DNA of 64,000 nt, from the NCBI GenBank assembly GCA_000004985.1, contig GG738874.1; one strand, 5' to 3'. This DNA is from Naegleria gruberi. Taxonomy: Eukaryota. Both the position numbers and the translations under genes were made by a program. Shown here one piece after another: positions 1 through 9,672 of the stretch. Positions within the stretch are counted from its first letter, which is position 1, and the number at the start of each line of letters is the position of its first letter. The notes under the pieces are model-generated. The model saw nothing but the letters and a program-made list of their open reading frames with translations, was not told the DNA's origin and ran no database searches.

Positions 1-635
1 TTCTCTCTAAATACAATGAAATTTCACCAGATACATATCTTGATCCTGTTTCTGATCAAGTTCTCACTGTTGACCATGTTAAAGGTGTTGTTACTCAAGC
101 CTCTCCAGCTAACAGTGATGTTGATAATTCATTGAAACAAAAGAAGGACAAACTCGTCAAGGCTATTCAAAAGTACGTTGAAGACCACTACCTCTCTGGT
201 ATTTCAAGCGTATTCCCATCCCAAAGACAAGATCAAAAGGGTGAACTTATTATTTGTATTACTGCCAGCAAATTCAATGAAAAGAATTATTGGAGTGGTA
301 GATGGAGGTCAGTCTATCGTGTCAGCTTTGTTGAAGACAAGGTTAAGCTTTCTGGTTCTATGAAGGTCAATTGTCACTATTATGAAAATGGTAACGTTCA
401 ATTGAACACTTCAAAGGAACACGGAGAAACTGTTGATGGAGGTGATTCATTCGCTGATAATATTGTCAAGATGTTGATCAAGGCTGAAGGTAACTTCCAA
501 ACTCAAATTGATAGCTCTTGTGCTAACTTGAACGAAACTTTCAAGAGTTTGAGACGTCCATTGCCAATGACCAAGACTTTGTTCGATTTTGCTTCTACTC
601 AACACAAGTTGGCCAGAGAATTCGGTGGTAATTAA
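1..635 (+). CDS. acpB: F-actin capping protein alpha subunit (CapZ-alpha), 5'-partial
   Basis: Frame 3 is open from the window start (LSKYNEISPDTYLDPVSDQ...) and continues into the listed 132..635 ORF; the C-terminal half aligns to the CapZ-alpha family; stop at 633-635. Confidence 0.85.
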   Translation, partial: LSKYNEISPDTYLDPVSDQVLTVDHVKGVVTQASPANSDVDNSLKQKKDKLVKAIQKYVEDHYLSGISSVFPSQRQDQKGELIICITASKFNEKNYWSGRWRSVYRVSFVEDKVKLSGSMKVNCHYYENGNVQLNTSKEHGETVDGGDSFADNIVKMLIKAEGNFQTQIDSSCANLNETFKSLRRPLPMTKTLFDFASTQHKLAREFGGN

Positions 636-878
636 TTTAATGATGTAATATTTTAGTGTGTTAAATTCTACACGGATTTGACAACAATTGTGAATTATAT
701 TTGTATTTAATAATAAAGAAAATAATTTATTTAATTTTCTAATTTATTTCACACAACAAAAGAGTTGAATTCAACAACTGTTGTTAGTGTAAGGTGTTGA
801 CTGAGCAAAGAGTTGGGTTGACTTGGTTCGGCTCATCATTTATAAATGTCAATAATCTAAATATGTAGATTTAATACT

Positions 879-1238
879 TTGTTGATAAATATCAAAAAAA
901 CCTCAAAACACATGGATTCAGGATTTGTACCAACAGCTTCTCTCGATCAATTGGCAACCAATTTTCATCTCAAAGTTGGAGAAGAGGCAACGATTATTGA
1001 ACACATTTGCCCAGACGACTTTAATTTGAAAGAGCCAAAGATTTATTGTGATCATGATGATGAACAACATTTGTATGTTGATCAGCACCTTCAATTATCA
1101 GTCATCAATGAAGAAGAACACTGTAAGGAGAGGCAATTGTTCAAAAGAAAGTACAAACTCAAAGCACTGAAAAAGGGAACTTGCTTTATTAAATTTCCCA
1201 AAGATAAAAAGACAATCAAGTTTACAATTACTGAATAA
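879..1238 (+). CDS. hypothetical small acidic protein (probable true start ATG 912, MDSGFVPTAS...)
   Basis: 119-aa ORF, no recognisable domain; the upstream context of ATG 912 is less A-rich than for other genes. Confidence 0.4.
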   Translation: MLINIKKTSKHMDSGFVPTASLDQLATNFHLKVGEEATIIEHICPDDFNLKEPKIYCDHDDEQHLYVDQHLQLSVINEEEHCKERQLFKRKYKLKALKKGTCFIKFPKDKKTIKFTITE

Positions 1239-1309
1239 ACATGAGAAGAATTGATTCTGAGTGTGCATCAACTCCATATGTGAAGGAATGAATAATACTA
1301 ATTGTCAAT

Positions 1310-2068
1310 TTACTGTACAACATTTGGATTGTGGATATATTCCACAACTTGATCATCATTGGAATGATGGTGTTGAGTGGATTGGGAAGGAAGCACTCTA
1401 TTGTCCTTAATCTCAATTTGAGAAGAGGAATTCGGATGACTTTTCAATGGATCTTCCGCAAGAGCAATAGTAGATGGGTCAGCCGGTTTATCTGTTGAAA
1501 TAGAAATGCTGGATTCATCCTGTTGAACATGTTGTTGTTGATTCCCAACTCCTCTCATTCGTCTTGTAATGAATAACATCTTCCTCCTGAGAGCAACTGA
1601 GTAGGCTCTATATCTGTGAACAAACATTATCAATGAAATCATGAATAATGTCAAGGAAATGACCAGAAGCCAAAGTGGCCACCCATAAAGATTTGTGAAA
1701 TTTCCATGCTCAATTGACTGATTTTCCTCTCCACCACTTGTTCTAAAATTTAGCACAAATATAAAAACAACATATAAAGACAATGAGGCAACTAATAAGA
1801 AAAAGAACAAGGATAGAAAAAACGAAGCAATAATCAGAAAGTTTTTCTGTTTCCTTTCAACAGCGATTGGATCAACTAAACGACCAGCCACTGTTGTTGA
1901 GGTGGTTTGATTTTGAACTGGATCGTTATTAATGTAAACAACCACAACTTCCTGTTGTTGTGGTGGAGTAAGTTGAGGAGTATAGGCAGATGTTTGTTGT
2001 TGTGTAGGTTGAGCATTCATATTAACTGGTTGCATCATATTGTTGGTTGAAGTTTTTGTTTTTTGCAT
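1310..2068 (-). CDS. Q/T-rich N-terminus plus multi-pass transmembrane protein, hypothetical
   Basis: 252-aa ORF with a polyQ/T N-terminal region and 2–3 hydrophobic helices (FLIIASFFLSLFFFLLVASL..., LWLLVISLTLFMISLIMFV). Confidence 0.45.
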   Translation of the reverse strand: MQKTKTSTNNMMQPVNMNAQPTQQQTSAYTPQLTPPQQQEVVVVYINNDPVQNQTTSTTVAGRLVDPIAVERKQKNFLIIASFFLSLFFFLLVASLSLYVVFIFVLNFRTSGGEENQSIEHGNFTNLYGWPLWLLVISLTLFMISLIMFVHRYRAYSVALRRKMLFITRRMRGVGNQQQHVQQDESSISISTDKPADPSTIALAEDPLKSHPNSSSQIEIKDNRVLPSQSTQHHHSNDDQVVEYIHNPNVVQ

Positions 2069-2376
2069 TGGATCACTCTCAGCAATAATTGATGATAGAA
2101 AAAGAGTCAGAATTTGAGAATGGAAATTTTCAATTTTAGGAACTATTCAACATTTGAATGGGTGATAGTTGAACTCTAATCGTGTAACTTGGCTATTAGG
2201 AGGAAAAGTACAAAGTTATGTAAATGGTTGCTTCAAATTTTCAGATTATCGTCCCAATTTGGTAAAATCTCTCTTTATTACCTTTACAAAATCTTTAAAA
2301 TACCACAATATTAATCATGAGAATTAAATAATTAAATATTAAGGGAAAAATGGATTGTTGGAAAACTTGAAAAAAA

Positions 2377-3468
2377 ATGCTCAACACCATCACTAGGAGA
2401 CATTTCTCCCTCCAAAAAACAATCATCACAGGAGGATTCTCAAATTTTCATCACCATCACCAACAACAACAATTGCGAAATTATTCTCACTATAATCCCA
2501 TTCCGGACATTACCTACAAATCAGTAGAACCAGAGCAAGATGTTGCGGGATCTTCTTCAGGTAATCATCATCATCATAAATATATTGATAGTAAGAAGGT
2601 TCCTCTGATTGTGTTGCATGGTTTATTTGGGTCCTATTTGAATTTTTCTACATTTGCTAGACAATATAGTCAGAAGCATCATACCAAGGTTTATTTACTC
2701 AACTTGAGAAATCACTCGGAAAAGCAAAATCACTCAGCAGTGATGAATTTTGCAGTGATGGCTTCTGATTTGGCACATTTTGTGAATAAGCATCATATTG
2801 AGGAGTTTGATTTGTTTGGATTTAGTTTGGGAGGAAAGACATCAATGGCAGCTTGTTTGGGGAATGATTTTAAGAATCATGTTGCTAATAGAGTTAGAAA
2901 ATTGGTAGTGGGTGATATCAGCCCACTTCCTTTGCGTGATAGTGAGTGGGATATTCCAACTGTTATGAATGGATTAGTTTTACTGGATAAACAATTGGAT
3001 AGCATGACTACAAGATCGCAAGCTGATGAATTTTTAAAGAACCACGTACCTAGTCCAGAAGTTAGAAGTTTCCTCTTGAGTAATTTGAAAAAGAAGGATT
3101 CATCGAGTAGTAGAAGTGGAATTTATGATTGGAAATTTAATTTGAGTGCATTAGCTTCTAATTTACATGAAATTGCTGATTTCCCATACAAGACTGACAG
3201 CGTAATTCAAGAACTAAAGCAACTAGGAAGAGAAAATATCACTCAATTGCCTTGGACACCTTTTGAAAAGCCAACCCTTTTCATGAAGGGAGAATTGAGT
3301 CCACTCATTAATTCCAAGAGTGAGAGAACACTCAACACAATGAAAACTTTCTTCCCGAATTATGAACTATTCCAATTCGATGGATGCACTCACTGGATAC
3401 ATGCTGAAAGATATCCTCTCTTCTTTTCCAAGATGGAAGAATTTTTGAATGCTTCAAACAAAGAGTAA
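2377..3468 (+). CDS. alpha/beta-hydrolase fold protein, ABHD11-like
   Basis: HGLFGS oxyanion motif, GFSLGG nucleophile elbow, C-terminal His; N-terminal His/Gln-rich presequence; start preceded by aaaaaaaATG. Confidence 0.75.
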   Translation: MLNTITRRHFSLQKTIITGGFSNFHHHHQQQQLRNYSHYNPIPDITYKSVEPEQDVAGSSSGNHHHHKYIDSKKVPLIVLHGLFGSYLNFSTFARQYSQKHHTKVYLLNLRNHSEKQNHSAVMNFAVMASDLAHFVNKHHIEEFDLFGFSLGGKTSMAACLGNDFKNHVANRVRKLVVGDISPLPLRDSEWDIPTVMNGLVLLDKQLDSMTTRSQADEFLKNHVPSPEVRSFLLSNLKKKDSSSSRSGIYDWKFNLSALASNLHEIADFPYKTDSVIQELKQLGRENITQLPWTPFEKPTLFMKGELSPLINSKSERTLNTMKTFFPNYELFQFDGCTHWIHAERYPLFFSKMEEFLNASNKE

Positions 3469-3577
3469 AGGGATTTTGAATTTAAATACAGATTTTGTAA
3501 CCTACAAAGGAGACTTTGCAAGGTGTTTGCTAAGGGAATTAAGGTACATTGGTACAATTAACAGTAGTTGAATGCAA

Positions 3578-3650
3578 GCTGGCGTAGCTCAGTCGGTAGA
3601 GCGTTGGTCTAATAAGCCATTGGTCGCCGGTTCGATCCCGTCCGTCAGCA
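3578..3650 (+). tRNA. tRNA-Ile (anticodon AAT)
   Basis: 73-nt cloverleaf: acceptor GCTGGCG/CGTCAGC (one G·U), D-arm TAGCTCAGTCGGTAGAGC, anticodon loop CTAATAA, T-loop GGTTCGATCC; close to the eukaryotic tRNA-Ile(AAU) consensus; the 27:43 pair is U:U and the T-stem has one C:U mismatch. Confidence 0.85.
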
Positions 3651-3811
3651 ACAGTTTTATTAAACTAAGTCAACCCTTTTGCCTTGCACTATGTTGATGT
3701 AAACGGATATTCTTGCGAATATGGGCACTGGAGATGTTTTGCATATTTGGTGTTTAGAATATGAAGACGGTTCAATCTTTGTAAACAACTCTGTTGCTTG
3801 ACAGTAAAAAA

Positions 3812-6800
3812 ATGCAACAACTCGAAGAGGAAGTAGACAATCAATTCCTCTTGATTCAAGGTCTTTCACACGAAGTTTGGTTTGAACACATTCTTCCCTT
3901 CCTTTCCTCCTCTTCACTTCTCTCCAGTAGACTAATCAACCGAAACTTTTCCTCCCTAATCCTCTCCTACATTATCAAATTCAAGAGTGAATTCAAAATC
4001 CAAGTTGGTTATCCGAATGTTTTGTTAGCAAAAATCGTTCAATCCCTCCTCACAAAATTACAAAATTTAAAAACCATCACCTATGAAGATTACAATCTCT
4101 TGGAGGATTTTTGTTTGACTGATCAGGGACTTTCCGAATTACATCCTCTACAATATGTGGAAAATGTTGATTTTGCAAGTTTGGGTGTCAGATCAAGTGA
4201 TGGATTGTTTATTAAAGAGTGGATCGATAGAGAGAGTCCAATATTGCAGTCACTCAGGAGATTATCTGTGAATTATGTGATAGATGATGTATGTGTGCTG
4301 TTAGATAATTTTGAAAATTTGAAATCGCTCAGGATTGTATCAGGTTGTGTGAAAATTAAATTACCTAGCCAATTAGAAGAGTTGGAAATAGTTGGGGGAA
4401 TTGAAATAGACACCTTACATCAAATAGTTCAACAATGTCCAAATTTGAAAAGATTATGTGTTAATTTATTCTCAGAATTTATTACAGAACTTAGGGATGA
4501 TTTGAAGCCACTGAAAAATTTGACTTGTCTAAGAATTGATGTTGATGATGTTGTGGTTTACAGATATGATGCAAACTTTTTTGAATCATTGAAAAGTTTT
4601 GAAAATTTGACAGAATTGCAAGTTCCGTGGCCTATTTCAGATACGAATTCAATTCCGTACAAGAATTTGAACCATTTAGGTCAACTATCACAACTAACAT
4701 CTCTCAAATTCAAAACTGTGCTTCGTTATAGAGATATTTTCCCAAAATCAATTGGAAAGGTTGTGGAAACAATTAGCTCTCTTCATTCTTTAACTAGTCT
4801 TTTTCTAGATTTTTCAGCTATTGATGTAAAAGTTAATTTTAGTCACGAATTTTTCGACAATATTCCAAAATTGCATAATCTTGAAGAGTTTACTTATGCT
4901 GATGAAGGTGGTTTTTCTGACATTTTTAATCATTTTTGTGTTACTACTTTGAAACATTTGAGTTTCAAGTCGGTTGGCCTAACTATCCAAACCGATCAAT
5001 ATTATCCTAATCTTGAATGTATTCAAATGGTAACCAATGAAATCGAAGAGGATGATTTAAATCATTTCAAAATGATTCAACAAGTTAATCTTTCAAAGGT
5101 TAAAATATTGAAAATTGGTTCAGTCAACTTGGAAACTTTGGAATTAATATCACAAATGACAAACCTGGAGGAATTATCAATAGTGAAAATGAGAAACATT
5201 TCTTCTTTCAAAACTGTTAAGCTTCCAAAATTATTGAGATACTTGGTATTAGAGGAATGCCACTATTTAACAGGAAACGAAGAAGATTTCTTTGAAAGCT
5301 TTATTGAATCATGTCCATTGCTGGAAAAAGTCGAATTTTGTACAGTTCCTTTATTGCAAGACTCGTTTGTTAAAAAGATTTGTGCTTGGATTGAAAATGG
5401 TGCTGACCATAAGAAGCTCTTCTTCTGGAAATGTGCCAGTTTGACAAATGACATGATTTACTCATTCAAAGATATCACCAAATGCAAATTTGTAATCTTT
5501 CAAGAATGCCCCCAAATTCACTATACAAGAGAAATTTCTGAGATTTTGACAAACCATGAATTTATTCAAATATTTGGAGGATTCAACAGTAATTCCCTTG
5601 ACACCACAAATACTTCCAACTATGTAATCAATGATCTGAATGTTATTAATTCACTCGAAACATTCGAAACAGTTATTAGAAACTCACTTGATTTGAAACA
5701 GCATCAAAAAGCATTCTTTCAAATGCTTACCAATATGTTTGAAGGGTGCATCTCAGAAAATACTAAAGATGAGAAACCATTATATAGGGAACTGCAGAAA
5801 TCAGAGTTTGAAACTCAATGGTTTTTCTACTATTCATTTGTGATGTGTGCAGCTTTTGCTGATAGAACAATTGATCATTGCTTTAGGAAAGCTATGGAAT
5901 TGGTTTTTACAGAATCGAACGAGAAGTTAATTAATACTCAAGAAAAGAAGAAGCTACTAATTGATTTATTAGAAGATTTGGAAGATCAACTTGAAGAGGA
6001 TACATTGAAATTTGTTATTGAGAAACTATTGGAAAATAGATATTTCGATAAGACACTGAGTGTAGGAATTGAAAGTCATGAATGGCATGAAAAATTGGTT
6101 GATTCAATGAGTGAGGAGGATATATTCCAATTGCCATATTTACACAATCTTCTCAATTTAAATACTGATCTCCTTGGAAGGATTGTTAAAAAGAGTCAAT
6201 TATTCAAAAATTGTGCATCATTCATCCAGAAATTACAAGATACTTCTATTGGACCAATTTCTGACCCCGAGAGTTTAGATATTAGAGATAGAGTTCCTGA
6301 AAGATTTAAAAACGCCTTCCTCACTGAAGTTATGGTTCCAATGGGGAAGACTGAATGGGATGAAGAACAATCAGGGGAGTCCCTTCCGTTTGAGGCATTT
6401 GGTTACAGATGGGTTCTTAAACTGTCAGAAGAAGGTGGTTGGTTGTCAATTTATTTGAGTCTTGCATCACCTATTCCAATTTCTAATGGATCTGAAACAT
6501 CTGAATATGAAACACTCACTGGAAATGATGGAAGTTCAATTGAAATTTCATTCATGTTATTGAACTTTGATAACAACCCACATACGTACTTTAGTGGAAG
6601 AAATATCTTGAGTCAATCTGAAAGGGACTACTATCTCTCTATTAGATCAAATTTGGTTCAGAAGTTTTCAGAGGATAGTTACAAATTTCTCATTGGTATG
6701 AATGCCATTTCTATTAAGGAGAAAATACCTTGCCCGTTCCTATCTTCCAAATATTCAATTCACAGGATTTCATTCCATGTTCCACTCGAATTGAAAAATT

Positions 6801-7162
6801 ATTATTACAATGAAATTAAGGTATACTCTGATCCCATAACTACATTAGGAACTAAATGGACTGTAAAATTGGAAAAGAAATTAGATAGTGGAATTTTTGG
6901 ATTATACTTAATGTTGTCATCTTTCGATTTGTATGATGAAAAATCTGCTCTCAGCAAGTGTCGTGTTTTCTTTCATTTTGCCAATAAGAATCTTCATCCT
7001 GACTCGACTCACTCTTATAGAAAAACATTCTCTGATACTAGTTCATCGGTTGGAGGACAAATTGTCAAACATCGAGAGTTATTCAAACCAATGATTATCA
7101 ATGGAGAAAGATTTGAAACATATGACATTTCACTCATTATGGAAATCAAGTCAATTTTTTAA
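3812..7162 (+). CDS. F-box / leucine-rich-repeat protein with two C-terminal MATH (TRAF-like) domains
   Basis: N-terminus LSHEVWFEHILPFLSSSSLLSSRLINRNF is F-box-like; then long LRR-like repeats (L..L..L.I..C.NL); the C-terminal 260 aa carry two MATH-like modules (FEAFGYRWVLKLSEEGGWLSIYL..., YSIHRISFHVPLELKNYYYNEIKV...); ATG at 3812 has an aaaaaaATG context, and the track start 3794 is an alternative TTG start. Confidence 0.7.
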   Translation: MQQLEEEVDNQFLLIQGLSHEVWFEHILPFLSSSSLLSSRLINRNFSSLILSYIIKFKSEFKIQVGYPNVLLAKIVQSLLTKLQNLKTITYEDYNLLEDFCLTDQGLSELHPLQYVENVDFASLGVRSSDGLFIKEWIDRESPILQSLRRLSVNYVIDDVCVLLDNFENLKSLRIVSGCVKIKLPSQLEELEIVGGIEIDTLHQIVQQCPNLKRLCVNLFSEFITELRDDLKPLKNLTCLRIDVDDVVVYRYDANFFESLKSFENLTELQVPWPISDTNSIPYKNLNHLGQLSQLTSLKFKTVLRYRDIFPKSIGKVVETISSLHSLTSLFLDFSAIDVKVNFSHEFFDNIPKLHNLEEFTYADEGGFSDIFNHFCVTTLKHLSFKSVGLTIQTDQYYPNLECIQMVTNEIEEDDLNHFKMIQQVNLSKVKILKIGSVNLETLELISQMTNLEELSIVKMRNISSFKTVKLPKLLRYLVLEECHYLTGNEEDFFESFIESCPLLEKVEFCTVPLLQDSFVKKICAWIENGADHKKLFFWKCASLTNDMIYSFKDITKCKFVIFQECPQIHYTREISEILTNHEFIQIFGGFNSNSLDTTNTSNYVINDLNVINSLETFETVIRNSLDLKQHQKAFFQMLTNMFEGCISENTKDEKPLYRELQKSEFETQWFFYYSFVMCAAFADRTIDHCFRKAMELVFTESNEKLINTQEKKKLLIDLLEDLEDQLEEDTLKFVIEKLLENRYFDKTLSVGIESHEWHEKLVDSMSEEDIFQLPYLHNLLNLNTDLLGRIVKKSQLFKNCASFIQKLQDTSIGPISDPESLDIRDRVPERFKNAFLTEVMVPMGKTEWDEEQSGESLPFEAFGYRWVLKLSEEGGWLSIYLSLASPIPISNGSETSEYETLTGNDGSSIEISFMLLNFDNNPHTYFSGRNILSQSERDYYLSIRSNLVQKFSEDSYKFLIGMNAISIKEKIPCPFLSSKYSIHRISFHVPLELKNYYYNEIKVYSDPITTLGTKWTVKLEKKLDSGIFGLYLMLSSFDLYDEKSALSKCRVFFHFANKNLHPDSTHSYRKTFSDTSSSVGGQIVKHRELFKPMIINGERFETYDISLIMEIKSIF

Positions 7163-7348
7163 ATAGAAAATTCAACATTACAATATTATTCCAATTACAA
7201 CGGTCTTTTAATAGAAACTTTTGGCCAATTCAAATTACCTATGATCAAAAATTGAGAAATGGAATAATTGATAGAAATAATTCAAATTAATCGTAAATAA
7301 TTGTATTGTAACCTCACAGCAAATCAATCTTAGAAAAAAAGCATAAAA

Positions 7349-8491
7349 ATGTCCAAAGTATATTTCTGGGGTGCGATTGGAGTGAAAGGTGTTCAATCGG
7401 ATGAACCAGCACTATTGGCCGGAGGAAAGAAGAGTTCAGTGACCTCATTGAAACCATTATTGGCTGCTGCTGAGATTGTTCAGGTGAGTGCTGGTGGAAG
7501 TTTTTGTGCCATGTTGGATTTGGAGGGAAATGTTTATTCGTTCGGGAAGGGTGCTGATCATCGATTGGGATTGGGTGATGAGAGGGATCATTTTGAGAGT
7601 CCTGCCAAGATTCCTCAACTCAAGGCTTCAATTGTTAGTGCTGGTTATAGTCATGGAATGGCTCTATTGAAGGATTGTAAGAATAAGGTAGTTTTGTGGG
7701 GTAAATTATCACCTCAACTGACTTTTATGAAACCAACAGAGAAGGTTGTTGAATTGCAAGACGATGATGATCAGATTGTTTCTCTCCGATCAGGAAATGG
7801 ATACTCTGCAGTGATTACAAAGAAGGGACATGTTTTCATGATTGGAAGAAATTCTTTTTACAAGTGTGGATTTGCTGAGAATGCTGATTTGGACTCGTTT
7901 AAACAATTGGTTATCAATGACAATGGAAATAAGTATGATACATTTAAAGATATTGATTTGGGTTATGATAGTACATTGGCAATTACTGCTACTGGAGAGG
8001 TCTTTGGTTTTGGCAGTAATAATTGTTATCAATTGGGAATTGGAAAGGTCATTAAGGTTGGAGGACACGTGCCAACTCGCTTGACCTTCTCCTCTCCGAT
8101 TAATCCAGTTCAGGTTGCTTGTTCTAGAGGTTCTGGACATCATTGTCATGGTGTTGTGTTGGATGCTGATGGAGTACTTCACTCTTTTGGATCTGGATAC
8201 AAATACAAATTAGGGACTACCACAACAGATGATCAACCAGTTCCAGTCAAGGTTGACTTTGATATTAAGGTAAAGCAAGTTATTCCAGGTGGAATTCACA
8301 ACTTCTCTCTTACTGTTGATAATGAGCTAGTCAGCTTTGGTTGTGGATCTGATGGAAGATTAGGACACGAGGAATCAAAGAACTATCGATACTTGTACAA
8401 GGAAACTGAACCAAGAAAAATCGAAGGTCTGGGAAATAAGGTAGTGCAGGCTGATTCAGATTATTATTTTGGCATTGCCATTGTAAAATAA
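7349..8491 (+). CDS. RCC1-repeat (regulator of chromosome condensation-like) protein
   Basis: Seven repeats of the G-x-G-x2-G-x-LG beta-propeller motif (FGKGADHRLGLGD, FGSNNCYQLGIG, FGCGSDGRLGHEE). Confidence 0.75.
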   Translation: MSKVYFWGAIGVKGVQSDEPALLAGGKKSSVTSLKPLLAAAEIVQVSAGGSFCAMLDLEGNVYSFGKGADHRLGLGDERDHFESPAKIPQLKASIVSAGYSHGMALLKDCKNKVVLWGKLSPQLTFMKPTEKVVELQDDDDQIVSLRSGNGYSAVITKKGHVFMIGRNSFYKCGFAENADLDSFKQLVINDNGNKYDTFKDIDLGYDSTLAITATGEVFGFGSNNCYQLGIGKVIKVGGHVPTRLTFSSPINPVQVACSRGSGHHCHGVVLDADGVLHSFGSGYKYKLGTTTTDDQPVPVKVDFDIKVKQVIPGGIHNFSLTVDNELVSFGCGSDGRLGHEESKNYRYLYKETEPRKIEGLGNKVVQADSDYYFGIAIVK

Positions 8492-8546
8492 ATTTGTATT
8501 TTATTGTTCAAAGAGAATGAATTAATAATGAAAGATAATAAATAAT

Positions 8547-9422
8547 TTATTTGATTTTTCTGAAAACTGCCAAATGCTTGTTCAGTTTTTGTTCACTAGT
8601 TCTTTGACCATCTTCACTAGAGTTCATAATGAATGGAATGATTGGATCCTTATCCAATTCTTCTTGAGAGACACGTTCAAAGTATCCTTGTGGAACAATT
8701 TCGTCTTCAAAACTAGAGGCCATCCATTCACCTAATTCTTGAACATCTGTAATTGTATAAATCAAACCTCCTTTTTCTAACAAGTATGAATATTCAGGAA
8801 TGAGACATGGACTGACAATTCTTCTTCTGTGGTTCTTTTTCTTAAAGTGTGGATCTGGGAACATGAAGAAAATCTTTTTCAATTGACCTTTTTTAAAGTA
8901 ATTTGGAAGGAATTTCATAGCATTGGATCTCATTGCCCAAACGTTATGGAAATCATGTCCAGATTCCAACTTTGGTGTATCTTGTTGTGTTTCTTTGAGT
9001 GCTTTTCCTTCACGGAGAGATAAAATTCTTTGTTGTGTAAATTCTGCAACCTTCTTTCTAATTTCAACTCCGAGAATGTAGGTTTGTGGAAGAACTGGAG
9101 CAATTGATGTAATTAATCCACCATATGCACAACCCACATCAAGAATTTCCACTTTTTCTGTTTCAATATTCATCATTGGATACATTTCCTGCCAATTTAC
9201 ATCACTAGGCTTCTTAGGATAATCAAAAAAGTCATCACTCAATGGATTACAGTGGGCTCGGACTCTAACAGGGAATCTAGTCCATTGATTATTTTCTTTA
9301 CCGGCAGTCTTTTTCTTTTCCTTGTAAGTTTGTGTTCCAGGGAAGTTAGCATCACCTGTTGTTTGTTGTTCTTCAACTTCCTCTTGTGGCACGATGGCTT
9401 CACCTTCGTTGGTTCGTTTCAT
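8547..9422 (-). CDS. mettl1: tRNA (guanine-N7)-methyltransferase (METTL1/Trm8)
   Basis: DVGCAYGGL SAM motif, ...FPDPHFKKKNHRRRIVSP... and YTITDV motifs are collinear with METTL1/Trm8; A-rich start context on the minus strand. Confidence 0.85.
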   Translation of the reverse strand: MKRTNEGEAIVPQEEVEEQQTTGDANFPGTQTYKEKKKTAGKENNQWTRFPVRVRAHCNPLSDDFFDYPKKPSDVNWQEMYPMMNIETEKVEILDVGCAYGGLITSIAPVLPQTYILGVEIRKKVAEFTQQRILSLREGKALKETQQDTPKLESGHDFHNVWAMRSNAMKFLPNYFKKGQLKKIFFMFPDPHFKKKNHRRRIVSPCLIPEYSYLLEKGGLIYTITDVQELGEWMASSFEDEIVPQGYFERVSQEELDKDPIIPFIMNSSEDGQRTSEQKLNKHLAVFRKIK

Positions 9423-9672
9423 TTTTTTCTTGTTGTTTTTTTTTGAATTTATTTTCTTTTTCTATTAAAATTTGTTTCGTGTGGTTTGTCTTCCAACTGG
9501 TAATTGCATTCACAAGACATTGAGTTTCAACTTTCATGTAAAGTTCTTGTTGTTGTATCATTTTATAAGTTAAATTGGTTCATTGTATGCGAGAGTCCTT
9601 GGATGGCCTTTGCTCAGAGAGGGAATATCTTGACGCTTTAAAATATTTCCCACCAAAAAACTACAAAAAAAA
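9423..9672. promoter_or_regulatory. divergent intergenic region between mettl1 (-) and the Fused kinase gene (+), putative bidirectional promoter
   Basis: 250-bp AT-rich spacer with oligo(dA)/(dT) tracts between two divergently transcribed start codons; inferred only from position. Confidence 0.3.

Noticed and set aside
3578-3650. Possible tRNA pseudogene status for tRNA-Ile because of 27:43 U:U and a C50:U64 mismatch
   Set aside because: All invariant positions (U8, A14, G18G19, U33, GTTCGATCC T-loop, 7-bp acceptor) are intact. Single non-Watson-Crick pairs at these positions are common in functional eukaryotic tRNAs.
5263-5454. Short antisense or out-of-frame ORFs inside long genes (for example 5263..5454, 7488..7670, 7790..8182, 10156..10413, 12739..13041, 28306..28683, 30279..30461, 32806..33030, 35763..36056, 41204..41636, 54650..55069, 62066..63138)
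   Set aside because: Each lies entirely within a longer ORF on the same or opposite strand that has a coherent domain architecture. Their products are low-complexity mirror translations (poly-I/L/F), a consequence of AT-rich codon usage.
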